A stretch of 64,000 nucleotides of DNA, from positions 20,584,001 through 20,648,000 of the forward strand of contig OZ024762.1 in assembly GCA_964016885.1 (NCBI GenBank), read 5' to 3'. Position 1 is the first letter of the stretch. Every line of letters begins with the position of its first letter. The notes beneath the pieces are model-generated. The model was not told the origin of the DNA and did no database searches. It saw nothing but the letters and a program-made list of their open reading frames with translations. Positions 1 to 14,256 of this stretch are shown in pieces. This DNA is from Eledone cirrhosa. Lineage: Eukaryota. The position numbers were made by a program, and so were the translations under genes.

Positions 1-165
1 TGTAGTATTCAATTTCGGCCTTTTACATTCTGAGTTCAAATCCTGCTGAGGACAACTTTGCTTTTCATCCTTCTGAGGTCGATAAAATACAGTACCAGAT
101 AAATACTGGGGCTGATTTAATCAACTTCCTCCTCCCCCACCACCAAAATTTGCTAGCCTTATGCT
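1..165 (+). mobile_element. SINE family B fragment (B-box plus Meta/MESC-like central domain)
   Basis: GAGTTCAAATCC B-box followed by AACTTTGCTTTTCATCCTTCTGAGGTCGATAAAATACAGTACCAG, the same module as copies at 11965-12355, 35973-36656 and 57774-58170. Confidence 0.75.
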
Positions 166-168
166 TAA

Positions 169-842
169 CCCTTTAGCATTTACATTACTCTATATATTCA
201 TTTGTGACACTAAACTCCGCCAGTTGCAGATTGCACATCAACATGAGATATCTCTCTACAGAAAGGATGATCTCCAACAGCAGAGTTTAAAGAGAAAAGA
301 TCAAGTGCAGTCCATAAGGTGACATTATCAAGCCATTGTTTTGGCTGCCAGCCACTGCTTCTCCTACCAGCCAACCTTCTTTCCAGGCATAACCTACTCA
401 CACCACAAGTTGATCTTTTTATATGACCGTATAGGTTGAGTACTCTTGACTTGACAAATGATGTAATTGGTCTAAGTTTGGTAATGTTGAGCAGCTCACT
501 GATACAGATACGGCTGTTGAGCTGCTTGTCAGTTATAAGTCTCATGATGTGGTTTGGGAATGTAGAGAGCTTCTGAAGTGAGACCTTGTCATCCAATTAA
601 CACAGTCAAGACCATATAACACAACTGGCAGGATGTAATTATCAAAGATCTTAGCCTATATATACTATTGTATTTTTGTGGTAAAGGCTTTACCTCACAT
701 AATATCAAAGCTACGAGATTTTGATGTTATTTATTTTGAGAACAATACCTTAACATTAGTACGGAACGCTGATTACGACTGGTTTGAACAGAAAGAGGTG
801 AGGGAATTCTGGCCGGATATGGCCGGTTTAAATGCTAAAGGG
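169..842. mobile_element. piggyBac-type non-autonomous element (MITE) interrupted by a LINE fragment
   Basis: TTAA at 165-168 and 843-846 flanks 14-bp TIRs CCCTTTAGCATTTA / TAAATGCTAAAGGG. Other pieces of the family lie at 34967-35098 and 51790-51869. Confidence 0.8.
197..655 (-). pseudogene. degenerate non-LTR retrotransposon (RTE-like) 3' fragment nested in the MITE
   Basis: ORF 210..596 contains YGHIKR...GRRSSGWQPKQWLDNV, resembling the RTE C-terminal G-R-RGRP--W motif. It is flanked by CTATATA at 190-196 and 656-662 (candidate TSD), and the copy at 51790-51869 lacks the insert. Confidence 0.65.
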
Positions 843-956
843 TTAAATTTGAAATTATTATCTGTTCTTGTGGCAAATAAAAATAAATAATCATTATTTT
901 GTTCACATCTATGTCTTGTGAATGAATTTCGCTCATAGAATCTGTAAGGAAGCAAA

Positions 957-1318
957 TTTTTCCTACTCTCCAGCTTCAGGCCAGGAGATTCTGTTTTCCT
1001 ACTCTCCAGCTTCAGACCAGGAGATTCTGTTTTCCTACTCTCCAGCTTCAGGCCAGGAGATTCTGTTTTCCTACTCTCCAGCTTCAGACCAGGAGATTCT
1101 GTTTTCCTACTATCCAGCTTCAGGCCAGGAGATTCTGTTTTCCTACTCTCCAGCTTCAGGCCAGGAGATTCTGTTTTCCTACTCTCCAGCTTCAGACCAG
1201 GAGATTCTGTTTTCCTACTATCCAGCTTCAGGCCAGGAGATTCTGTTTTCCTACTCTCCAGCTTCTGGCCAGGAGATTCTGTTTTCCTACTATCCAGCTT
1301 CAGGCCTGGAGATTCTGT
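957..1318. repeat. 36-bp minisatellite, about 10 copies
   Basis: unit TTTTCCTACTCTCCAGCTTCAGGCCAGGAGATTCTG. Confidence 0.95.
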
Positions 1319-1439
1319 GTGTTTTTTGTTTTAACATTGACTGTTCCAAGCTGGCTTGGGCAGGACAGGACTACTTGAGGCAATGTTTTACAGCTAGACG
1401 TCCTTCCTGATAGCACTCTGTCACAAGTGTACCCCTTTA

Positions 1440-1629
1440 CAAAGGTCAGTTGAAAAGTTCATAGGCAGACTATGAATGAGTGATGCTAGAGCTGTGAAAT
1501 CTTGCATGCATTAATTTCAACTCTTAACTGCATTGTTTCTTTCCAGGGACTATGTTGAAAAATAAACCTCATTTGATCATTCCTTTAGAGTATCTTGGAC
1601 AGCCTATGAACTTCACAGCTTGACCCTTG
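1440..1629. mobile_element. Tc1/mariner-type MITE
   Basis: TA-flanked, imperfect TIRs CAAAGGTCAGTTGAAAAGTTCATAGGC ... GCCTATGAACTTCACAGCTTGACCCTTG. Confidence 0.7.
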
Positions 1630-2717
1630 TAACTACACAGCCATGCCAGAGACATATAAGGTCCACTGGTCAAAAGAAATATACCAAAACTCTAAGCTAG
1701 AGACAAGATCAAGCCAGTCAATTTGATCTTCACTCTAATGCCTCTCCAAATAAAGTATTCCAGTTGATAACTTCTAGAAAGAAAATTAATTTATATATAT
1801 ATAAAAAATATACCATTAACAAAAAAATATATTATTAATAAAAAAAATATATATCATAAACAAAAAAAAGCATACAAAAACAAATGAAATCAAATGTGAT
1901 GATTATTTTGACTGGCAGGTAATAAATAGATAGGAAAAAAAATCTATTCTATTTTAAACATCATAAGAATATATTTTTTTAAATGTAATTAAAATAACAA
2001 TAAACTAAAATCAATAATAAGAAATAAAATTTACATTTAAAAATAAAAATGTATAAATTTATTATTATTACTATTATTATTATTATTATTAATATATATT
2101 TTTTTCCAATCAATACCTCCCTTAAAATTTTTTGAGTGAAGAAAGCCCAGAATCAAAATAAATGTCGTCTTTCTGTCAATGTATTCTTGATTTCTTTAAT
2201 ACTGAAACTATAATTAAATCTGCGAGAGTTGAAATATTTTCCATCAATTTAATCTAAATGAAATCTTTCTACTGCAAATGTTGAAATGAAACAAAACTTT
2301 TTCCTGTTTTCTGTGGGTTTTTTTGTGGGTGTTTGTGGGTGTTTGTCTGTTAATTTTGAAGTAATGTGTGGAGATATTGTATTAATTCTATTTCATATTC
2401 TAGAACAGTCTATAGACTGCTTAATGTTATAGGAAGGGCATCCAATCTAGTAAAGTGTTTGATGTGTACATTATAGTATATAGTGTTGTGTGGTATCATA
2501 TGGGGTGTTGTGTAGTATAGTATGGGGTGAGTATGTGGTGCTGTGTGTTGTGTAGTATGTGGTGTTGTGTTGTGTAGTATAGTATGGGGTAAGTATGTGG
2601 TGCTGTGTGTTGTGTAGTATGTGGTGTTGTGTTGTGTGTTGTATAGTATGTGGTGTTGTATTGTATAGTGGGTGGAAGGAGGGGGTAGATGGGTGTATAT
2701 ATATATATATACACACA

Positions 2718-2790
<73 letters not shown>

Positions 2791-3206
2791 ATAGTAATAA
2801 TAATAAATGTTTCAGAAGATCCCGTTAAGGGTGAAAGCAGCAATTCTTTGCTTTAACTTTAATCAGTTATTTTAATATAAACTGGCAGAATAGCCTGGCA
2901 TTGCTCGGGATTTACTCTAGGGTTCTTATATATTTGATATATATTTATCTTTATCGAGCCTCGTGAAATAAATACGTTAGTTTATATTTTGTTATTGTGT
3001 ATGCAAAAATATCTGTACACGAATATATAATGATATATATATAACAGTACAGAGAAGTATGGAATACCTCGGCCTTGGGATGGTCTCTACATTTTGTGCT
3101 TATAGAAAAAAATTTGTCGTAGATTACCAGGAGTTTTTTCTATGTGAAGAAAATCAATACTTTATTGCGAAATAAATACTTTTGTTTATATTTTGTTATT
3201 GCATAA

Positions 3207-3238
<32 letters not shown>

Positions 3239-3393
3239 ATGTAGGAGGTGAGTTTTATTGTAGAACAATAAACCAATGCAAATATTGGATAAGTAGCACT
3301 CAACAGTTTATTGGACTGGAGTATATATAAGAAGAATGTTGACTGGACACTTCCTTGTTCACACGTGCTTTTTAGGCATCATATCATGTCTCC

Positions 3394-3465
3394 CTATTTT
3401 ATCTGATGAGAACGCAAATTTCGTCCCAGGATGATATTTGTTTTTGAAATGCGCATAATAAAATA
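3394..3465 (+). ncRNA. type I hammerhead ribozyme motif (minimal, palindromic stem III)
   Basis: TATTTTAT-CTGATGA(3403-3409)-stem II-GAAA(3446-3449)-TGCGCA-TA-ATAAAATA. Stem I is a perfect 8 bp. Second copy at 53334-53405. Confidence 0.85.
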
Positions 3466-3974
3466 CATGGAGCTTTTTTAACCATCTTTTAATTTCTTCT
3501 TATATATGTATATATATATCAGATCAGAACAAACATCACGGACACTCTATCTCAAAATTATTTTTGAAAAGCATTAGAAATGCGCAACCGGTAAAACTTA
3601 AAACCAAAACTGAGTACTAACCAATACTATTACTAATTCTCACTTATTCCTAATTAAACTATTTTTCACTGTGAACAATTTGTCAGCATTTTCTATTCCG
3701 TTTACCAATATATATATATATATATATATGTTTGTCTATGTATCTCCAGCTTTCTCTCCATATAAAAATCTACCCACGTATGTCTACCTATATCTGAATA
3801 TTTAAACAACTATCTCTCTCCCTCTCTCTCTCCCCCTCTCTCTCTCTCTCTCTCCCCTCTCTCTCTCTCTCTCTCTCCATATATACATATAAAGGTAGAC
3901 CTACATGGGTTGGTTTTCATATATAGAGAAAGAGTGAGATATATAGACAGACATCTATATAGCTAGTAAGATAA

Positions 3975-4038
<64 letters not shown>

Positions 4039-4089
4039 TGAGAGAGAACTATGTAGGTGTATACACAGACATTTAAATATTTATATATA

Positions 4090-4532
4090 GAGGCACATGG
4101 CTTAGTGGTTAGAGCATTGGCCTTGCAATCGAAAGGTTGTTAGTTCAATTCTCAGACCGGGTGATGTGTTGTTTCCTTGAGCAAGACACTTTATTTCACA
4201 TTGCTCCAGTTTACTCAGCTGTAGAAATGAGATGATAGGGACTGGGGTCCATATCATTCCACTGCAAAGTGATCGTGGAGGTGCCAAGGCAAAAAAGCAC
4301 CCAGCACTCACTGTAAAGTGGACGTGTAGATGCCACGGAAGAAAAGCACCCAGCACTCACTGTAAATGAGGTTGGTGTTAGGAAGGGCATCCAGCTGTAG
4401 AAAAAGCACCCAGCACTCACTGTAAATGAGGTTGGTGTTAGGAAGGGGATCCAGCTGTAGAAATCAAGCCAGAATCAGTTCCTGTCCCACCCTTGCAAGC
4501 AGGGAAAAGCGGATATAAAATGATGATGATGA
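4090..4532 (+). mobile_element. SINE family A (tRNA head, CORE domain, RTE-derived tail), full length
   Basis: A-box TGGCTTAGTGG and B-box-like GTTCAATTC. CCTTGAGCAAGACACTT...CAGTTTACTCAGCTGTAGAAATGAGATGATA resembles the MIR CORE. Ends in a LINE-like tail plus (ATG)n and has an internal tandem duplication. Confidence 0.9.
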
Positions 4533-4632
4533 TATATATATGTATATAAAAGGTAAACAGAAATAACAACACAATCAGTACAGTATATGGAAAGAATATA
4601 TTAGGTTAACGCTTGAAATAACAGGAAGAAGG

Positions 4633-4668
4633 TCTTAACGTTTCAGACGCTAGTCCTTCATCAGAAGA
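4633..4668 (-). ncRNA. minimal hammerhead ribozyme motif
   Basis: Minus strand reads TCTT-CTGATGA-AGGAC-TAGC-GTCT-GAAA-CG-TT-AAGA. Degenerate relatives at 53692-53728 (+) and 61345-61385 (-). Confidence 0.75.
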
Positions 4669-5459
4669 AAGAATGAGAAATTAAATAGATTGAAGGGACG
4701 GGCGGGGTGGAATTGGAAAAAAATATCTTTAGATAAAAATAACAGGTCCATTCATGTTATATCATCCTCATCACCACCATTGTTTAATGTCCATCTTACA
4801 GTGTGGACTGTTGTGTCATCGACACAGTGGACGGAATGGGAGAGGGAGGGTGGGGTAGGGTGTGGCGGTGAAGTGTACATTGAGTTAAGAGGTGCCTACT
4901 TACTGTAGGTTTGTCAGTCGGGTCTTCTGTACAACTGCATGGCGCCAAAGGTCTCGATCCAGTGCCATTGTCTTAGAGAGGTGTATATACATTTTCCCGA
5001 ATATTTTTCGTGGATATAGAGGTTATCTCCCTTGCTGAATTCCATGTGCGTATTTAGCCTGGGTTATGCCTTTTCATTCGTTTGGACAAAGCTCGTTGAG
5101 GAAGTAAACTCCTGTCCGCTGGCACCTAGAAGTCTTATATATTTTATGTGAGCTGATAGAGGACAGTTTAAGGATTTACAGAAACCCAAGAAGCTAGATT
5201 TACCATCTTTCTAGCGGGTCCGGGTATGCTTTTTACATTCATTTGATTTATTGATTTATTGATTTTCCTGAGTGTCCCGAATCTTCCAGATCGCTATTTT
5301 TCGGTTGTATGGTTGATTATAGACTTGTTCTATGTGTGACGGTATTTTAACGATAGTTATAGCTCTGATTTATCTAAATTATTGAGCCCTCTGCCGCTCA
5401 TATCGAATTTTGTTTATTGTGAACTCGTGCGCCGATTTTTCGATACTCGATTATTCTAC

Positions 5460-5490
<31 letters not shown>

Positions 5491-5696
5491 GTAGATAAAT
5501 CAATTATTTCTGAAGACGGCGTATATATGTGTTGGTATGTATATTTAATCTTGATAGTTTGTATAATTTTGTACATAGATCTGTTGAATATGCATGCCAA
5601 TTCTAACACATATATATCCTAGAAACGATCGTTAAATAATGAACTTTTTTTGTTTAATATAAGGAACTGTTTCATTGTTTATTCATTATTTGTTTA

Positions 5697-5733
<37 letters not shown>

Positions 5734-5736
<3 letters not shown>

Positions 5737-5925
5737 AAAATGTTCAAGACCCCGACGGCAGAGCTCAAGTCGTTTCGACAGCTACTTCAAGATAGACGGA
5801 GAAATAGCCATTGAAACGGCTTCAGCTCTGCCGTCGGGGTCTTGAACATTTTTCTATTACCCAAAGTATTGAGTACTCTGGTGCATTATGCTCCACCTGG
5901 TTCTTTACCACACTTCCTTCATTAT
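5734..5925. mobile_element. TA-inserted fold-back element, family P
   Basis: Inverted arms ...GACCCCGACGGCAGAGCTCAAG...TTTC / GAAACGGCTT...GCTCTGCCGTCGGGGTC. Relatives at 22017-22125, 22853-22995, 37966-38175, 40140-40330, 40975-41160 and 63200-63470. Confidence 0.75.
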
Positions 5926-6109
5926 ATATATGTATATATATATATATACATTAAGAGAAAGATAGCTATGACTGCTTGTTAGAGTAAACAGATAGACTGA
6001 CTGCATTCACAACATATGCATACTTATATATTCACACACATATATACATACACATATACATACTTATATACATACACCCATATATATACATTCATAGAAA
6101 TAGCGAGTG

Positions 6110-6115
6110 GAAGAG

Positions 6116-6188
<73 letters not shown>

Positions 6189-6245
6189 AAGAGAGAAAGA
6201 GAAAGAGAAAGGGAGAGAGAGAGATAGAGAGATGGGGAGAGATAA

Positions 6246-6276
<31 letters not shown>

Positions 6277-6517
6277 TAGGGAGAGATAAAGAGAGATAAA
6301 GAAAGAGAGAGACAGAGATAGAGAGAGAGAAAGAGAGAGTGAGACAGATATATACATATATATAGATAGATATATATAGAGAGAGAAACAGAGAGAGAGA
6401 GATAGAGAGAGATAAAGAAAGAGAGAGACAGAGATAGAGAGTGAGACAGAGATAGAGTTAGACAGATATATATATATATATATATATACATATATATAAA
6501 GAGAGATAGAGAGTGAT

Positions 6518-6548
<31 letters not shown>

Positions 6549-6872
6549 TAAAGAAAGAGAGAGACAGAGATAGAGAGAGAGAGAAAGAGAGAGTGAGACA
6601 GATATATATATATACATATATATAGAGAGATAGAGAGTGATAGAGAGAGAGAGACAAAGAGAGAGATAGGGAGAGAGAAAGAGAGAGAGAGAAAGAAAGA
6701 GAGAGATAGAGATAGATAAAGAAAGAGAGAGAGACAGAGATAGAGAGTGAGACAGAGATAGAGTTAGACAGATATATATATATATCATCATCATCATATA
6801 TATAAAGAGAGATAGAAAGTGATAGAGAGTGATAGAGAGAGAGAGAGACATAGAGAGAGAGAGAGAGAGAGA
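6110..6872. repeat. (GA)n/(GATA)n compound microsatellite
   Basis: direct inspection. Confidence 0.95.
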
Positions 6873-7103
6873 AGTGAACATTTCAAAATATATGAAATGA
6901 GAAAGATAAAATGTTCTTCTGTTGAAGTAGAGTGCAGCACATGACACATGTGCAGTGGTGTGGCCTGCATTTCAACAACACAACATCTTCAAACACAATA
7001 TCTAATGCACATCATGCACTTTATGATTTACAATGATTCCTCCTTTGGGAGGGGGGAGGGGGGGAGGGGATCATCAAATATGGGAGGGTTTTTTTGTCTA
7101 ATT

Positions 7104-7436
7104 TATCACCATTGTTATCACCATCACCATCATCACTATCGTCTACATTTACACCATCACCATCATCACCATCATCATCACTATCGTCTACATTTACACC
7201 ATCACCATCATCACCATCATCATCACTATCGTCTACATTTACACCATCACCATCATCACCATCATCATCACTATCGTCTACATTTACACCATCATCATCA
7301 TCATCATCATCACTATCGTCTACATTATCACCACCATCATCATCACCATCATCATCATCATCATCACCATCGTCTACATTATCACCACCACCATCATCAT
7401 CATCATCACCACCATCACTGCCATCTATATCATCAC

Positions 7437-7469
<33 letters not shown>

Positions 7470-7822
7470 TATCACCACCACCACCACCACCGTCATTAAC
7501 ATCACCACGACCACCGCCACCATCATCAACACCCTCTATCATTATCATCATCACCATCACCGCCATCATCATCATCACCACCACTATCATCACCAGCATC
7601 GTTATCAACATCATCATCACCATCATTGTCATCATCATCATCCTTATCATCACCACCACCAGCACTATCATCACCATCACGACCACCCTCTATCATCATC
7701 ATCACTAGCATCATCATCATCATCATCATCATTGTCTTTATCATCCTCATCATTGTCCTTATCATCATCATCACCACCCTCTATCATTATCACCACCATC
7801 ATCATCATCATCATCATCACCA
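7104..7822. repeat. (CAT/CAC)n trinucleotide tract; similar tracts at 11360-11912, 36870-37700, 42830-43390 and 46420-47050
   Basis: direct inspection; the ORFs here are homopolymer artefacts. Confidence 0.95.
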
Positions 7823-7974
7823 GTAGTAGAATTCATTAGTTGTTGTAGTTGTTGTTGTTTACTACAAATAGACATTTTTAACAGAACACATTGTTAAAGA
7901 AGAAATGGACCCCCCCCCCCCTACCACGGATTCCATTTTGCTGGATAAAAAAAAAATATTTGTGTCATTGTTTT

Positions 7975-9905
7975 ACCTCCACTCATCCATGTTTACATGG
8001 GTTGGATCGGTTTTTTGTCCAGTACAACTTCTCCATTTGTTGCCTTCTTTTATCACCTCGTCTGTGAGGTGCAATAAATTCAGACAAGTTCTCACAACCT
8101 CGGCCCAGGTTTTCCTCGGTTTTCTTCTATTGAATAAATTCAGACAAGTTCTCACAACCTCAGCCCAGGTTTTCCTCGGTTTTCTATTGAATAAATTCAG
8201 ACAAGTTCTCACAACCTCGGCCCCAGTTTTCCTCAGTCTTCTATTGAATAAATTCAGATTCAGACAAGTTCTCACAACCTCGGCCCCGGTTTTCCTCAGT
8301 CTTCTATTGAATAAATTCAGACAAGTTCTCACAACCTCAGCCCAGGTTTTTCTCAGTCTTCTATTGAATAAATTCAGACAAGTTCTCACAACCTCGGCCC
8401 TGGTTTTCTTCGGTTTTCTTCTATTGAATAAATTCAGACAAGTTCACACAACCTCGGCCCAGGTTTTTCTCAGTCTTCTATTGAATAAATTCAGACAAGT
8501 TCTCACAACCTCGGCCCTGCTTTTCCTCAGTTTTCTTCTATTGAATAAATTCAGACAAGTTCACACAACCTCGGCCCAGGTTTTTCTCAGTCTTCTATTG
8601 AATAAATTCAGACAAGTTCTCACAACCTCGGCCCTGGTTTTCCTCAGTTTTCTTCTATTGAATAAATTCAGACAAGTTCTCACAACCTCGGCCCCGGTTT
8701 TCCTCGGTCTTCTATCGAATAAATTCAGACAAATTCTCACAACTTTGGCCCAGGTTTACCTTGGTCTTCTATTGAATAAATTCAGATAAGTTCACACAAC
8801 CTCGGCCCAGGTTTTCCTCGGTCTTCTATCGAATAAATTCAGACAAATTCTCACAACTTTGGCCCAGGTTTACCTTGGTCATCTATTGAATAAATTCAGA
8901 TAAGTTCTCACAACCTCGGCCCAGGTTTTCCTCGGTCTTCTATTGAATAAATTCAGACAAATTCTCACAATCTCGGCCTAGGTTTACCTTGGTCTTCTTC
9001 TATTTCACTTCTTCACCCAATGATCTTCATCCATATATATCAGTTCTTCTGAGAGCCTCAGTCATTTGAGATCAGCTCTGACAACCTCTGCCTAGGTCAT
9101 CCTCAGTCTTCTCTACTGCACCATCCTTCCATTGGGATTTCTTGACACTTATTCACCAAACAATCATCATCTATATTCATTACATCTCCATACCAGTGCA
9201 GTCTTCTCTCTCACATACTACTGCTTCCTCAGTCTTCTTCTATTGCAGCTTCCTTCCACTAGTATTTCTTGGCCCTTTTTCACCCAATGATCATAATCCG
9301 TATACATCGCCTCTTGAGTGAGCTTCAGCAATTTGAGATGAGCTCTCACAACCTCTGGCCTGGTCTTCCTTGGTCTTCTACGACTGCAGCTTCCTTTCAC
9401 TGGGATTTCTTTGCACTTCTTCACCTAATAAATCATCCTCTATATGCATTACATGCCCATACCAGTGCAGTCTTCTCTCATGCATATTACTGCTTAACCT
9501 TCTTATACACAGTTTTTATCTTTGTTCATCCATGCTTTATCATTTATGTACATAAATATTACACTTCCATTGAAGCATGCTTGCTTCATTTCTCTCCAGC
9601 CTTCATATATCCTCAACATTCACTGCCCACGTCTCACTACTTTGCATCATCACACATCACACACAAACATCATACAGTTGGTCTTTTTTTTTTTCCCAAA
9701 GAAACCTTTTGTTGTCAATAGAGGTAGCAGTTCCCTGAATTTTTTCTATCCTGTTTATATTCTAGCAACTATGTTCTCAGATCAACCTCTTCCACTGCAA
9801 ATTTCATCACCTAGGTAGCTGAAACTATTGATCAATTCTATTGAACCTTCCTGGAATTGGAAAAAGGTTATTTTGTTGGTAATCTTTCTAACAACACTCC
9901 CTGTT
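7975..9905 (-). mobile_element. decayed RTE LINE 3' region with internal ~57-bp tandem amplification (8072-9000)
   Basis: Minus-strand translations RRKPRKTWAEVV (repeated), RRRPRKTRPEVV and GSIELINSFSYLGDEICSGRG match the LINEs at 22230-22568 and 30509-31432. Confidence 0.85.
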
Positions 9906-9910
9906 AAACT

Positions 9911-11003
9911 CAGTAACACACAGTAAGACATACACACACTCTCACACAGTAACACACAGTAAGACATACACACACTCTCACACAGTAACACACAGTAAGA
10001 CATACACACACTCTCACACAGTAACACACAGTAAGACATACACACACTCTCACACAGTAACACACAGTAAGACATACACACACTCTCACACAGTAACACA
10101 CAGTAAGACATACACACACTCTCACTCAGTAACACACAGTAAGACATACACACACTCTCACACAGTAACACACAGTAAGACATACACACACTCTCACACA
10201 CTCTGAGAAACATAAATATACACATACACATACACATACACACAGTAACACTCACACACTGACACACAGAAGCATCAACACACATACACACGCTCTCACA
10301 CATGCACAGACACACAGAAGCATCAACACACACATACACAGTAACACACACACATACGGTAACACACACATACACATAGCAGCTTCAACACACACACACA
10401 CACAGAAGTACACACATGCACACACACACACACATACACACAAAGGTATCAACACACACACAGAAGCATCAACACACACATACACACACGCAAACACACA
10501 CAAACAGAAGCATCAGTACACCTAAACACACACATGCACACACATACACACAAGCACACACAGACACACACAAACACAATGAATCATCAACACACACACA
10601 CACACACAAAAACAGAGACACACACACATAAACAAACACATATACACACAAACACACAGACACACACAGACACATAAACACACAAACACACAGACACACA
10701 CAGACAAACACAAACACACACAGGCACACACAAACATAAACACAAACACACAAACACACACAGACACACACAAACACACACAGACACACACACACACAAA
10801 CATAAGCACACACCCACAAACACACAGACACACACAGACACACACAAACACACACACACAGACACACACACACACAAACACAGACACACACAGACACACA
10901 CAAACACACACACACAGACACACACAGACACACACACACACAAACACACAGACACACACAGACACACACAAACACACACATACACACACAGACACACACA
11001 CAT
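9911..11003. repeat. 36-bp minisatellite (9911-10200) grading into a (CA)n-type tract
   Basis: unit CAGTAACACACAGTAAGACATACACACACTCTCACA. Confidence 0.9.
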
Positions 11004-11797
11004 TGCTACAAAGCACCACATATTGAACAAAACTAAATTTCATTTGAAAGGCCAGATATTTTGAAGGTCAACTTAAACCAAGTGACTGTTGAAAGGTCAC
11101 CACTAAAGCAAAGGTCACTCTGAAGACCATTCAGCCCTTCTTTTATATTTATACACAGTTTAACAATCCTTGCTGGCTCTCTGACCCCCCCCCCCCTCAT
11201 CTGATTACTAGCTGCCATTTCTTGTTGATAGACTTGCTAGAAATAGCAGCTAAATTCTCCTTCTATACATACACCTTTGGTGAGTTGTAGTGCACCTGAG
11301 CACTGTACACAATATTTTCATTATTATTATTATTATTATTATTATTAAACCTTGTTGTCATCATCATCGGTGTTAAGATCAACATGATTGTTATTGGCGC
11401 AACCATCACCATCACCATCATCATCATCATCACCATAATCATCACCATTGTAATCATCACCATCATCATCACCATTGTAATCATCACCAGCACCATCATC
11501 ATCACCATTGTAATCATCATCATCATCATCACCAGCATCATCATCATCACCATAATCATCACCATTGTAATCATCATCATCATCACCATTGTAATCATCA
11601 CCAGCATAGTCTTCATCATGGTCATCATCATCATGGTCATGATGATGATCATCATCATCGATGTCACCACCACCACCACCATCACCACCATCACCACCAC
11701 CATCATCATCATCACCATCACCGTCACTACCACCTCCACCATCACCATTGCCATCACTACCACCATCACCATCACTACTGCCACCACCACCACCATT

Positions 11798-11867
<70 letters not shown>

Positions 11868-11964
11868 TCGTCATCGTAATCAGCATAGTCATCACCATCA
11901 CCAACATCATCATTTAATGTCTACCTTCCTTGCTAGCAACGGGTGGATGGGGCTGAGGTGGGGG

Positions 11965-12355
11965 TGTCAAAGCATGGTGTCCAACACACTACTGAAGCCA
12001 ACAATTTTGGGGGACAGGGAAAAAGTTGATAAAATCGACCCCAGTACATTACTGGTACTTCATTCTATCGATCCCGTAGGGATGAAAAAGCAAAGCTAAC
12101 ATTGGCAGGATTTGAACTCAGAATAGAAAGGGACGAAACTCTATGATGCAAAGCATGGTGTCCAACACACTACTGAGGCCAACAATTTGGGGGGACAGGT
12201 AAAAGTTGATAAAATAGACCCCAGTGCATTACTGGTACTTTATTTTATCAATCGCGTATGGATGAAAAGTAAAGCTAGCATTGGCAGGATTTGAACTCAG
12301 GACACAAAGGGATATAACTCTATGATACAAAACATGGCGTCCAACACACTACTGA
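11965..12355 (-). mobile_element. SINE family B, two tandem copies
   Basis: GGATTTGAACTCAG (reverse-complement B-box) and CTGGTACTT..TATCGA module, each present twice about 186 bp apart. Confidence 0.8.
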
Positions 12356-12878
12356 ATAATAACTAATGTTTATAAAATATTTTCAGCACAACCTAGTTCT
12401 GTTCTGGTTTGTTTAATGATATTAAAACTAATGAGAGTTATTAAATCTAACGAGCCAACTTAATCAAGACTTAGTATTTACACAACAACAACAACAAAAG
12501 CAACCTACAACAGTAATGACACAAGCAATCTATTAAGTGAGAGAAAATCAAGAAATGAAAATATTTTTTTCTTTTATTATATACACACACACACACATGT
12601 ATGTATGTACACACATGCACACATACATACATATATATGTATTTTTATATTCAGACACATATATATTTGCACACATGCACACACAATCACATATATATAC
12701 ATACATATATACATACATATATATATATATATATATACATATATACATATATATACATATATATATATATGCATACACATACACACATGTAAATACATGC
12801 ACATATATATTCAGTCATTGTTGTCTGTATGCTCTTCCATGCTATATATATTTCTGTACTATATATATATATATATAT

Positions 12879-12928
<50 letters not shown>

Positions 12929-13126
12929 CCCATGCTAGCGTGGAAAATGGACGTTAAACGAACATGATGATGATATAATAAAATATTTATGCAACATAAA
13001 AAGTAACTATAAGGTTGAATCAAATACATACAAACACACAGGTGTCTGTAAATTTATACACATCACATGCATATATACAAATATATATATACACATACAT
13101 GTATATATATTCCTTCCTATTTATAA

Positions 13127-13195
<69 letters not shown>

Positions 13196-13230
13196 CATGT
13201 ATATATATATTCCTTCCTATTTATAAATAC

Positions 13231-13279
<49 letters not shown>

Positions 13280-13312
13280 CATGCATATATATTCCTTCCT
13301 ATTTATAAATAC

Positions 13313-13349
<37 letters not shown>

Positions 13350-13395
13350 TGTTTTTTAAAATAATACATTAAAAGAATATAAAATTACTTGAAGA

Positions 13396-13449
<54 letters not shown>

Positions 13450-14256
13450 TTCTAGTCCTGTAGAATCTCATCTATATTAAAACTTTTATACTCTGCTATG
13501 TATTGAGTACCTTACTTACTGTGGTTACCTCCGATTCAACCCGGAATAACGTATATATATATATATATATATATATATACCAATACCAAAATCACACACA
13601 TATATATATATACACACATATATATATACTAGAAGTAATTACTGGCCTTGCTTGGGTGTTTTAACATCTTGAATAAATATAGTCACATGAATTCTCTCTA
13701 TTTTATATGAAAATTTTCAGTTCATCCTGGAATTTTGATTCACTCGATATTATTGTATCCAACCTTCATAAAAATACTCACAAAAAAAAAACATAGAACC
13801 TAAAATAAAACTTTACTGTTAGATTTTGTTTATTTACTGGGAAAATATCACTTTTTTTTTTTCGAAATACTGCATAAATTATCATCATCATCATCATCAT
13901 AATCATTATCATTTTCATCTTCTTCTTCTGTCCAGCAATTCTTTCCTAAAACATTCTAACCACATGCCTATAGTATCTGAGCTGTGATCTCCTAATTCAG
14001 AGAAGTAGCAGCTCTATATGGAGTGACTATGATCTCCGAATTACGCACTTTATCGAGTAACGTTCCTCCAAAGACGTTTTGGAGGAACCCCCATTTCAGT
14101 CACTTATATTCACTATCGAGTGCAAGTCGGAGATCACCTTCTGTCTAGTTAAGTAACACCACGCTGTCTGCAATTTCAGTATCTGATTTTACACCTGCCA
14201 GTCATGATACCACTTCCAACTGGGCTGCACATGTCAGTCCTCTTCATGTAAATAAT

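Noticed and set aside
922-1410. 162-aa repeat protein (FSYSPASGQEIL)n
   Set aside because: The open frame is a by-product of a stop-free 36-bp minisatellite; there is no other gene evidence.
4090-4165. tRNA genes at SINE heads (also 28445, 41970-42044, 62180-62255, 62570-62642)
   Set aside because: A and B boxes are present, but they run directly into the CORE domain and LINE tail with no complete cloverleaf. These are SINE heads.
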